In this document: positions 39,401-47,145 of the stretch, piece by piece
How positions within the stretch are numbered: position 1 is the first letter of the stretch
How the letters are laid out: each line of letters starts with the position of its first letter
Virus record (IMG/VR): IMGVR_UViG_3300047472_000191
Location: 60,940-124,939 of that record
Direction: 5' to 3' (one strand)
Length of the DNA: 64,000 bases
Source of the DNA: a virus
The notes under the pieces: generated by a model
What the model was told of the DNA's origin: nothing
Seen by the model: the letters and a program-made list of their open reading frames with translations, nothing else
Databases searched by the model: none
Position numbers and translations under genes: made by a program

Positions 39401-39970
39401 ATGAGCCCACGGTTAGGTAGCAGCGACGAACCGCAGCGGGGACGTCCCAGCCGGGAACAGGTGGTAGCCCGCACCCAGGCGATGCAGCTACGGCGCCGCA
39501 TCCTGGACGAAGGCTCCTTTGGTGGTGGCTTCGATGTCCCCGGCGATATCACGCCGACAGAGGCCGCCATTGAGGCGTTCAGGCGGTCTCTGGCCATGGT
39601 CCGCTGGATCGAGTCCCAGATGGCACAGTGGGCCCCGAACCTGCTGCCGTTGACGGACGCCAACTACGACGATAAGGGCGCCTTGCAGGTCATGCCCTCC
39701 CATGAGGCGGCGTGGCTGGACCTGTGGATGCAGGAACGCAAAGAGCTGCGGGAAGCCATCAAGTTGTGTCACACGATCGGCGTTGAGGAACGGCAACTCG
39801 CCTTGCAGGAACAGCAGGCTGACGCCATGTTCAGCATCCTGGAACGGATGATCGACGCTCTCGGACTGTCCGAGGACCAGCGACGCCGGGTCCCGGAGTT
39901 GATGCCGGAGATCATCCGCACGGTCGCAATGCCTTCGTTCGGCGGAACGGTCCACACGCCCCAGCTGTAA
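39401..39970 (+). CDS. Helical protein resembling actinophage small terminase subunits
   Basis: WMQERKEL..LCHTIGVEERQLAL pattern, recalled from putative TerS proteins and unverified. Confidence 0.5.
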   Translation: MSPRLGSSDEPQRGRPSREQVVARTQAMQLRRRILDEGSFGGGFDVPGDITPTEAAIEAFRRSLAMVRWIESQMAQWAPNLLPLTDANYDDKGALQVMPSHEAAWLDLWMQERKELREAIKLCHTIGVEERQLALQEQQADAMFSILERMIDALGLSEDQRRRVPELMPEIIRTVAMPSFGGTVHTPQL

Positions 39971-40112
39971 CCGCTAGGGTAGATGCAGCGCATGACCAGC
40001 GCGGTCCCGCCAAGCTGCTTAGGCGGCGTCCACGGTCGGATCAAAGGTGCAAACGCCCGCTCCCTTCCCAAGACCTGGGGGAGCGGGCGTTCTGCTGTCT
40101 CCGGACGCACAA

Positions 40113-40510
40113 GAGCCCCCGCTCTCACTAGGAGAGCGGGGGCTCAAGGCTGTGTGTTCCCGGGAGCCTCTGCCCCGCTTCGCTGATAGGCCCCTGAGCA
40201 GGCCGTCGAATGCGGGAGGGACTGCGGTTACCCGCGCCCGGCTTGATCCCGGCGAACACTGCGGTACAGCCTAGCCGAAGCCAGGTCACCCCTGTACCGC
40301 ATACCTTCCCGGTCAGACAGCTCGTGTGGCTGGGAAGGAGCTGAAACCCGCTCGGCTATTACGCCGACTGTTCTCGGGGGCCAAGGTTTCCCAGGGCAGA
40401 CGAGCGGGTTACCCCAGCAAGGTGCACTCGGAGGCCAGGGCCGCCGCATGCTGGGCTTGTTGCAGGCCTCCCCGGCAACCAATGTCCGGTCCTGGCCTGC
40501 GGGTGCCAAC
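40113..40510. ncRNA. Candidate large structured noncoding RNA (strand uncertain)
   Basis: At least 8 helices and 2 possible pseudoknots; no credible ORF; bounded by a perfect 14-bp hairpin at 40113-40145. Confidence 0.55.
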
Positions 40511-40561
40511 TCTAGCATCAAACGAGGAGGAGTCCTAGCACTTCCCTGCTAGGGTAGATCT

Positions 40562-40762
40562 ATGACGAAGCGACCGATCATCCGCTGGGAACGCAAGACC
40601 CGTCCCGGCAGCATCTACGGCCCGTTCACGGTATTCCGGGCCAGCAAGACCGGCGGCCCTCTGCTCAAGGAGGACGCCCACGGCATCAAGGACGTCAACG
40701 GGTTCATGATCCAAACAAAGGCCCATCGGGTCACTGTGGAGTTCCGGCGCCGGGGCAACTAG
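40562..40762 (+). CDS. Hypothetical basic protein, probably leaderless
   Basis: ATG 6 nt after the TAGGGT -10 box. Confidence 0.6.
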   Translation: MTKRPIIRWERKTRPGSIYGPFTVFRASKTGGPLLKEDAHGIKDVNGFMIQTKAHRVTVEFRRRGN

Positions 40763-40844
40763 CACATTGGGGAGGGTTGACTCTCCTCCCCAATGTGCTA
40801 GGGTAGATACATCAAGTCCCGGACACCGCCCCGAGGAGACCGCC

Positions 40845-41147
40845 GTGAAGCACCGTAAGCCGAGCACCAGCCTGTTCGAAACGGAAGACCGCATCTTCCA
40901 GCGAGTCAGCAACACGGCATGGGCTTATGGGACCGCCGACCAGCTGTTCGAGGGCGAAGACGTCTTCACCTCGGGGCAGTATCACGAGTACCTGGACGGT
41001 CAAGCCGAGATTGAGGCCGAAGACTACGTTCGGCGCAACTTCGGGGACTGCGGCAGATCCATCGTCGGCACCGGCGACTATGAGCAGATGATGGCCGAGG
41101 AAGCCCGAGCACACTTCTACGGCGCCGCCAACCCCTACACGATCTGA
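40845..41147 (+). CDS. Hypothetical protein
   Basis: Motif promoter at 40799 plus GAGGAG RBS. Confidence 0.7.
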   Translation: MKHRKPSTSLFETEDRIFQRVSNTAWAYGTADQLFEGEDVFTSGQYHEYLDGQAEIEAEDYVRRNFGDCGRSIVGTGDYEQMMAEEARAHFYGAANPYTI

Positions 41148-41156
41148 GAGGCCGCC

Positions 41157-41498
41157 ATGACCGAGAACCCCACCGCCCCCGTGTTCATCCCCGACGAGCG
41201 CGAGGCCAAGCTCCCCGCGTGGGCCCGCCAGGAGATTCAGACCCTCCGGAACATCGTGAGCAACCTGCACAAGCAGGTGCAGGCGGTCAAGGGAGAACAC
41301 GCGGGCAGCAACGTCCAGTTGATCGACACGACCGGACGCACCCCGCTGCCGAAGGGCTCAATGGTCAAGTTCGACTCCCACTGGGGCGGCGTCACGGTCC
41401 ACCACGACTCGAAGGGACTGGTGCGTATCCAGGGCGACAACACCCTGTTGGTACGTCTGGAAGCGGGCAACGCCCTCACCGTCGAACTGGAAAAGTGA
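41157..41498 (+). CDS. Hypothetical protein
   Basis: REAKLPAWAR motif, RBS. Confidence 0.7.
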   Translation: MTENPTAPVFIPDEREAKLPAWARQEIQTLRNIVSNLHKQVQAVKGEHAGSNVQLIDTTGRTPLPKGSMVKFDSHWGGVTVHHDSKGLVRIQGDNTLLVRLEAGNALTVELEK

Positions 41499-41500
41499 TC

Positions 41501-41689
41501 ATGTTCTCGTACGTTGTGTACTGGCCCGTACCGGCATCCCTCGCAGGCCCCTACGTAAAGATCATCAGCGGGGACACCCTGGAAGACACCTTCAAGCAGG
41601 CCATGCGATGGCAAGCCGAAAACCTCACCCTTGAACAGCACCTCTCCGGAGGGATCAAGTACCTCGGGATCGCCCCCGACACCCCCTAA
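41501..41689 (+). CDS. Hypothetical protein
   Basis: Adjacent ORF followed by a terminator at ~41705-41736. Confidence 0.55.
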   Translation: MFSYVVYWPVPASLAGPYVKIISGDTLEDTFKQAMRWQAENLTLEQHLSGGIKYLGIAPDTP

Positions 41690-41787
41690 CCCACCCGCTC
41701 CGACAGTCCCGCCTGGCACCCCAGGCGGGACTTTTTGTGATATGGCCAAAGTGTTAGGATCAAGTGATAGGTCATAGGGGAGGGTCC

Positions 41788-42174
41788 ATGTGCCGCCACC
41801 TGCGGTTTCTAGAGCTTGCAGCACGTAATGCAGCGCTCTCAGACTGCCAGTTCAAACACGGGGCCCTGATCGTGCGCGGCGGAGCCGTCCTCTCCAGCTC
41901 CCCCAACCGGCACCGCAACCCCCCGGCCATCAACTACCTCGGGTCCTCCGTACACGCGGAAGTCGCCGCACTACGCCGCGCCAACGCCTCCGGAGCAACC
42001 CTCTACGTCGTCCGGCTCTCCCCGTCCGGGCTTGCCCTCAGCCGCCCCTGCCCCCGTTGCTGGACGGCTATCGAGCGGTCGGGCGTGAAAACGGTCGTGT
42101 ATTCCACGGGTGCCGGATATGAGGTCGAGCGGCTTACCGCTTACGCGGCCCAGCCCCACCTGATTGCGTGCTAG
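41788..42174 (+). CDS. Zn-dependent cytidine/dCMP deaminase-family protein
   Basis: HGALIV, HAEVAAL, LYVVR, SRPCPRC. Confidence 0.85.
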   Translation: MCRHLRFLELAARNAALSDCQFKHGALIVRGGAVLSSSPNRHRNPPAINYLGSSVHAEVAALRRANASGATLYVVRLSPSGLALSRPCPRCWTAIERSGVKTVVYSTGAGYEVERLTAYAAQPHLIAC

Positions 42175-42182
42175 GAGCTGCT

Positions 42183-42440
42183 GTGAGCCCTGTTGAGCCT
42201 TCCCCGGTCCCGGAGATACCCGAGACTCTTGCGGGCCTGTCACAAGCCGTCCAGCAGCATTACGCGGACCATCCCGCTCACAGCTCCGGATGCACCTGCC
42301 TGGATCCGGTGATCCGCGCGATCGCCCGGAAGCTGCTGCCGCACGGCGGGGAGAACTGCGGCTGCCAGGTGGCCGGGGTCAGTGACCGCACTCGGGAGGC
42401 TCTGGCGCACGTCCTCACTGAGATCGCCAGGAGGCTCTAG
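42183..42440 (+). CDS. Hypothetical Cys/His protein
   Basis: AGGAG RBS; HxxxCxC twice. Confidence 0.55.
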   Translation: MSPVEPSPVPEIPETLAGLSQAVQQHYADHPAHSSGCTCLDPVIRAIARKLLPHGGENCGCQVAGVSDRTREALAHVLTEIARRL

Positions 42441-42766
42441 TGGGGGCCTGGTTGCACCCTGCGATGTCGTCGGGACGTCTGGAGGGGATCCGGTCGTGGG
42501 CGCTGCGGTCGGCGGAGCAGTCCCGGGAGTTCGGGGAGCCGGAGGCGGTGTGGTCCGGCTACCTGGATGCGGCGGACCGGGCGGCGGATTTGCTGGACCA
42601 ACGGGCATATTGCGGGCATACATACCGGTATGTAGGTTGTGCGTCGTTGCGAATGCGAGCGTCTGAAGAGGATCGCAAATCGAGGGACAACTGTTTTTTC
42701 CCTTTGTGCTTAATTTCGGCCAGGAAATTTCGGCCGGGTCATATCCGGTTTCATTTCGACAAATAG
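42440..42766 (+). CDS. Hypothetical protein (3' end doubtful)
   Basis: Coupled start; AT-rich tail. Confidence 0.4.
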   Translation: MGAWLHPAMSSGRLEGIRSWALRSAEQSREFGEPEAVWSGYLDAADRAADLLDQRAYCGHTYRYVGCASLRMRASEEDRKSRDNCFFPLCLISARKFRPGHIRFHFDK

Positions 42767-42775
42767 GAGTCTGCA

Positions 42776-42958
42776 ATGCCGATTTACCCGTACAAGTGTT
42801 CGAATACCAACTGCCAGGAGACCGAGGATCTCAGGGCGCCTATGGCCGAGCGGGATGCCTTGCAGGGGAAGATGTGTCCTACCTGCGGTGATGGCACACT
42901 GCGTAGGCAGTTCACTCCCTATCACATTCTGAACGCAGGACTCGGTGACCTCCTCTGA
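42776..42958 (+). CDS. FmdB-like zinc-ribbon protein
   Basis: MPIYPYKC..C...CPTCG..LRR. Confidence 0.8.
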   Translation: MPIYPYKCSNTNCQETEDLRAPMAERDALQGKMCPTCGDGTLRRQFTPYHILNAGLGDLL

Positions 42959-43298
42959 CGCAGGAAGTCGTACAACTCTCAACGGGCAGGATTCAGTTGC
43001 GAGTTATCCCGCAGGTGTCGTATGTTTTCGGTTACGCACCAGTAGCGCAGGGTGTCCGTAAACGATAGTTGTCATGCAGCACCAATAGATCCAAGTGATA
43101 CAGTTCGCTAAGGAATAGTGTAGACACATGGGTCACTCGATTGATCAGAGGCAACCCGAGTGGCTCGAACATGGCAAAACGTTGTAAAAGTAGTACTTAT
43201 CGGACACGTGTCCCGTAGCCTAGCTAAAGGACACAGACCGATCGTTTTGGCATGCGTGCGTCATGCACGACCCACCCACACCCAGGAGACGCAAGATC

Positions 43299-43673
43299 AT
43301 GCAGACAGAACGGGATAGCCATATCTCGCCCGAGACATTGGCCGCGCTAGCTACAGGGGAGACCACCCTTCGGTCGGTGGACCGGACGCGCAAGCGGGAT
43401 GAGGTGCAGACCTACTTCGACAACCTTGTCACCGAGGCCTACCAGAAGTGGGTCGAGGCGGGGAAGCCCACCGCACGCCGCGAGCGCCCAGCCATGCGCG
43501 TGGATGCGGGCTCGGAAGACGTAGCCCGTGAGGCGTACAACCGTCTTAGGGCCTCCGCCGTTCACCTGAATGTCGGGATCTCCCTGGACCCCATCCACCG
43601 GCTGGCGGAGGACAAGTGGAGGGTTGCCTTCTCGGCCCAAGACCGGCGCCCCCGTGCCAGCAAAGCCCGATAG
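43299..43673 (+). CDS. Hypothetical protein
   Basis: AGGAG RBS, codon bias. Confidence 0.65.
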   Translation: MQTERDSHISPETLAALATGETTLRSVDRTRKRDEVQTYFDNLVTEAYQKWVEAGKPTARRERPAMRVDAGSEDVAREAYNRLRASAVHLNVGISLDPIHRLAEDKWRVAFSAQDRRPRASKAR

Positions 43674-43781
43674 GCAAGTTGCTAGGGGTACAGGGGCGAA
43701 GCGGAGTAATGTGTTCTTCACAAAGTCTCCACTCGGGGGGACGGTGACGGCGGATCGCCGTATTTGCGCCAGGAGTCGTCT

Positions 43782-43949
43782 ATGCCCGCTTTTACTGCCC
43801 TCATGTCCTCCGCCTTCGGGCAGCAGGACCCTTTCAGCGCACTTGTCCGAAATGACAAGGCTGAGGGCGACGAAGATGTCCGGGTTCTCCCGGTTTGGGT
43901 AGCGGAATCGCTGGAGCACGATCTCCAGTTCCGCAAGATAACGCGGTGA
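43782..43949 (+). CDS. Hypothetical protein
   Basis: AGGAG RBS; terminator at ~43957-44000. Confidence 0.5.
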   Translation: MPAFTALMSSAFGQQDPFSALVRNDKAEGDEDVRVLPVWVAESLEHDLQFRKITR

Positions 43950-44229
43950 AGACGAGAGCAGGACCCCGGAGGAGCCGACATCTCCGGGGTCCTGCTTTTG
44001 GGGTAGATATAACGTGAGTTACGCAGGGTAACCCCATCGTTTACACGTCCTGCGGCAAAAGCTGCCTGAGACGATTCCCACAGAAAAACCCGCATGGCCC
44101 GTACAACCATCTGAGATGTTACCGAACGGTTACACAGGATCTTCTCACCTAGGTGTGATCTAGGTTTTACCCCCGCCAATACCCGGTGGGGGTACTTTTT
44201 GTTTAAGGATCCTGCAAGAAAGGCTACAA

Positions 44230-45123
44230 ATGCCCCCGTTACCGTTAGGCCGCCTTCATGCTCAGCCCGGACGTCCGCAGCTACGTCTAGCGGACTACCT
44301 CACCGGGACACTCCCTGCCCCTCCCGCTTCAGTGGACTGGTATAGCAAGGTCACCTCGTGGCCTATGTACCTCAATGACTCGATTGGTGACTGCACGTGT
44401 GCGGCCGTGGGGCACCTTCTCCAAGGCTGGACGGCCTACAGCACCGGTAAGGCGCTCACCGTCGCCGACAGCGATGTCCTCGGCCTCTACGAGAACGTCA
44501 CCGGGTACAACCCGCAGGATCCTTCAACGGATCAGGGCGCGTACGTCCAGGACGTGTTGGGGTACTGGCGCAAGAACGGTGTGGCCGGGCACAAGATCAC
44601 CGCGTACGCCAGCGTCAAGGTTTCCAACATGACGCTGATCAAGCAGGCGATCAGTCTGTTCGGCGCCGTGGACATCGGCTTCAACTTCCCTGCGTCCGCG
44701 ATGACGCAGTTCAACCAGGGCAAGCCGTGGTCCGTCGTCTCCGGGTCCAAGGTCGAGGGCGGGCACTGCGTCACGGTTGTCGGCTACAAGGCCAACGGCA
44801 ACCTGGTCTGCGTCACCTGGGGCGCCCTGCAAGAGATGACCCCGTCGTTCTTCGCGAAGTACGTGGACGAAGCGTGGGCGATCATCACACCGGACTGGCT
44901 CGACGCCAACGGTCACACCCCGCAGGGGATCGACCTGTACACGCTGGGGCAGGATTTCGCCGTTCTGACCGGGTCCCCGAACCCGATCCCGCAGCCTTCC
45001 CCGCAGCCGACGCCGACTCCTGTGCCGACTCCGGTGCCGGTACCCGTCCCTGCGGTCGACGCGGAGGTGCTGGCCGCTTACCGGTCGCTGCGCGCGTGGG
45101 CCGTAGCCAACAACGCCGCCTGA
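44230..45123 (+). CDS. Papain-like cysteine peptidase with Pro/Thr linker
   Basis: NDSIGDCTCA, GGHCVTVVGY, VTWG. Confidence 0.8.
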   Translation: MPPLPLGRLHAQPGRPQLRLADYLTGTLPAPPASVDWYSKVTSWPMYLNDSIGDCTCAAVGHLLQGWTAYSTGKALTVADSDVLGLYENVTGYNPQDPSTDQGAYVQDVLGYWRKNGVAGHKITAYASVKVSNMTLIKQAISLFGAVDIGFNFPASAMTQFNQGKPWSVVSGSKVEGGHCVTVVGYKANGNLVCVTWGALQEMTPSFFAKYVDEAWAIITPDWLDANGHTPQGIDLYTLGQDFAVLTGSPNPIPQPSPQPTPTPVPTPVPVPVPAVDAEVLAAYRSLRAWAVANNAA

Positions 45124-45133
45124 GCGGGTACGC

Positions 45134-45499
45134 ATGTACGAGTACCGTGCCCAGCTGATCCGCGTCGTCGATGGCGACACGTGGATCTTGGACGTGAGCC
45201 TAGGATTCAACCTCTGGGTACGTAACGAACGCATCCGGGCCTCGGGGATCAACTGCCCCGAGCTGAGCACTGACGCGGGCAAGGAAGCCTTGGCGTGGGT
45301 GCGGCAGTGGTTCGCCACGCACTGCCCTGACGGAGTGCTGACGGTGACGACGCAGAAGGACCGGGCGGACAACTACGGACGTATCCTCGGGACGGTCACC
45401 GCACTGGACGGCGCCTGTCTGAACACCGATCTTCTGGCCAACGGTTACGCCGCTGTGTGGCCTGCTGAAAAGCCTGGGACGCCCGGCTCCCTGCACTGA
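45134..45499 (+). CDS. Thermonuclease (SNase-like)
   Basis: YEYRA..RVVDGDT..RIRASGINCPE..DNYGRILG. Confidence 0.88.
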   Translation: MYEYRAQLIRVVDGDTWILDVSLGFNLWVRNERIRASGINCPELSTDAGKEALAWVRQWFATHCPDGVLTVTTQKDRADNYGRILGTVTALDGACLNTDLLANGYAAVWPAEKPGTPGSLH

Positions 45500-45512
45500 C
45501 ACAATCAGCGGT

Positions 45513-45692
45513 ATGGCTCGCATACGAGGGTGGGAACTCTCCGAAGATGACTGGGAAGAGATCGAAACCGGTGAACGAACCCGCCAGGTGATCCGTACTT
45601 ATCGGAGGATGCTCGGCCGTGAACTCGGTGATGAGCAGCTGCGGGAGTACGGCATCGATCCCCCCGAGGACTGGACAGCTGTCTCCCGCTGA
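45513..45692 (+). CDS. Hypothetical protein
   Basis: 59-aa ORF followed by a terminator hairpin. Confidence 0.5.
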   Translation: MARIRGWELSEDDWEEIETGERTRQVIRTYRRMLGRELGDEQLREYGIDPPEDWTAVSR

Positions 45693-45787
45693 ACAGAGAG
45701 CCCGCCCGGATGACTCCCCGGGCGGGTTTCTCTATGCCTCCTGATGTGCTAGGGTAGACAAACCTTATCTCCCGAGGGGATCACCCG

Positions 45788-46057
45788 ATGACCTGGGAAA
45801 ACCAGCTGCACGCCGCCTTTCAAGAGCTGAATAACACCCTCCGCCGCACCGTCATCTGCGAGCCCGCACACGTAGATGAGATCCGGCGCCTCGTAGAAGA
45901 GCGCGGCCTGTCCGGGCTTTGGAAGGTGCGGTCCAGCCTCGCCTGCCCGACCGGAAAGATCATCCTGATCGACGAAAACGCTCTGCGGAACGTGATCTGG
46001 GAAGGCGCCCAGGACGTACCCGACATCTCCACCTACACGCCGCCGACCAAGGAGTAA
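45788..46057 (+). CDS. Hypothetical protein
   Basis: Motif promoter at 45750 plus RBS. Confidence 0.65.
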   Translation: MTWENQLHAAFQELNNTLRRTVICEPAHVDEIRRLVEERGLSGLWKVRSSLACPTGKIILIDENALRNVIWEGAQDVPDISTYTPPTKE

Positions 46058-46059
46058 CC

Positions 46060-46488
46060 GTGTCTGAACTGTCCAGCGCCTCCCTGCACGCCGTCGTCCG
46101 GTGGACCTCCCGTGACTACCCCGGAGGAGAGACCTACAGCGGCTCCTACGACGTCATCACGAAGGACGTAGGGGCAACCATCGGTGTCGGCGTGTACAGC
46201 GGCAAGAGGCTCATCCACAGCTTCTACGCCCACACCCGGCACGAGGACTACGCGGCCGAGATCGCCCGGGATCTGATCCGGGACGCCGTGGACCGCATCC
46301 AGGACGACATGGGCGCCCGGTCGGTAGCCATCCAGTTCCCGCGCGTCTTCCCCACACTCGTTCTCCAGGCCGGACACAACGAGCTGGACCCGAGCCACCT
46401 GACGGACGCCTGTATCTGCCCCATCGACCCGGCTGAATACGGTTTCTGCCCCCGTTGGCGGGGCGAAGACCCAGTCTGCCGCAACTAA
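46060..46488 (+). CDS. Hypothetical protein
   Basis: AAGGAG RBS. Confidence 0.6.
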   Translation: MSELSSASLHAVVRWTSRDYPGGETYSGSYDVITKDVGATIGVGVYSGKRLIHSFYAHTRHEDYAAEIARDLIRDAVDRIQDDMGARSVAIQFPRVFPTLVLQAGHNELDPSHLTDACICPIDPAEYGFCPRWRGEDPVCRN

Positions 46489-46502
46489 CCCAAGGAGACA
46501 CC

Positions 46503-47054
46503 ATGCACAGCTTCACCGGCCCGTCCGGCAACCAATACCACCACAACGGCGACTACAGCGGGGAAGTGAGCGTGGACGCCTCCGCCGTAGCCGATGAGCA
46601 CTCCAGCTCTCTGGTGTCCATCCCCTTCGAGGACATCCGCGCCCTCTACCTGGAATACACCCGCAGCAGGCTGATCTCCGAGCTGGAGAGTGCCTCTTAC
46701 GACGACCTGGAAACGGACTGGGTCGGACTCGCCCAGGCCCCCGCACCGTCCCTGCCCGCACAGGTGACGGACGAAAAGAAGCAGACCGCGCACTGGACCC
46801 GGGAGTTCCTGCGGGACTCCGAGTCCTACAAGTGGGTCCGGGTCGGCTCCATCTACATCCACACCGAAAACCCGTGGGTCCTCGCCCGCGTAACCGGACT
46901 CCCCGTGGACGGCAGCGTGCCGTTCTCGGTATGGAACCCGCTCCAGGGCTACGACTGGCAAGACGGCGCCGGACTGCCGTCGCAGGAGGCATTCAAGGAC
47001 CTTTACCCGCTCCTCTACAGGGGAGACAGCCCGGAGTTTCTTCCCCGTCCCTGA
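46503..47054 (+). CDS. Hypothetical protein
   Basis: AAGGAG RBS; HHNGDYSG motif. Confidence 0.65.
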   Translation: MHSFTGPSGNQYHHNGDYSGEVSVDASAVADEHSSSLVSIPFEDIRALYLEYTRSRLISELESASYDDLETDWVGLAQAPAPSLPAQVTDEKKQTAHWTREFLRDSESYKWVRVGSIYIHTENPWVLARVTGLPVDGSVPFSVWNPLQGYDWQDGAGLPSQEAFKDLYPLLYRGDSPEFLPRP

Positions 47055-47145
47055 AACGGTCGGATCTTCCTGGTATAAGCAGCGCATGAGACAATCGAGC
47101 TAATCGATTGATCATGCGCTGCTTTTGCGTTCGGGAGAAAACCAC

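Noticed and set aside
40183-40216. CTGATAG..CGAA as a hammerhead ribozyme core
   Set aside because: Does not match CUGANGA...GAAA with correct stems
39983-40538. ORFs 39983-40186, 40047-40274, 40228-40521 and 40326-40538
   Set aside because: No convincing RBS, poor codon bias, and they run through strong hairpins
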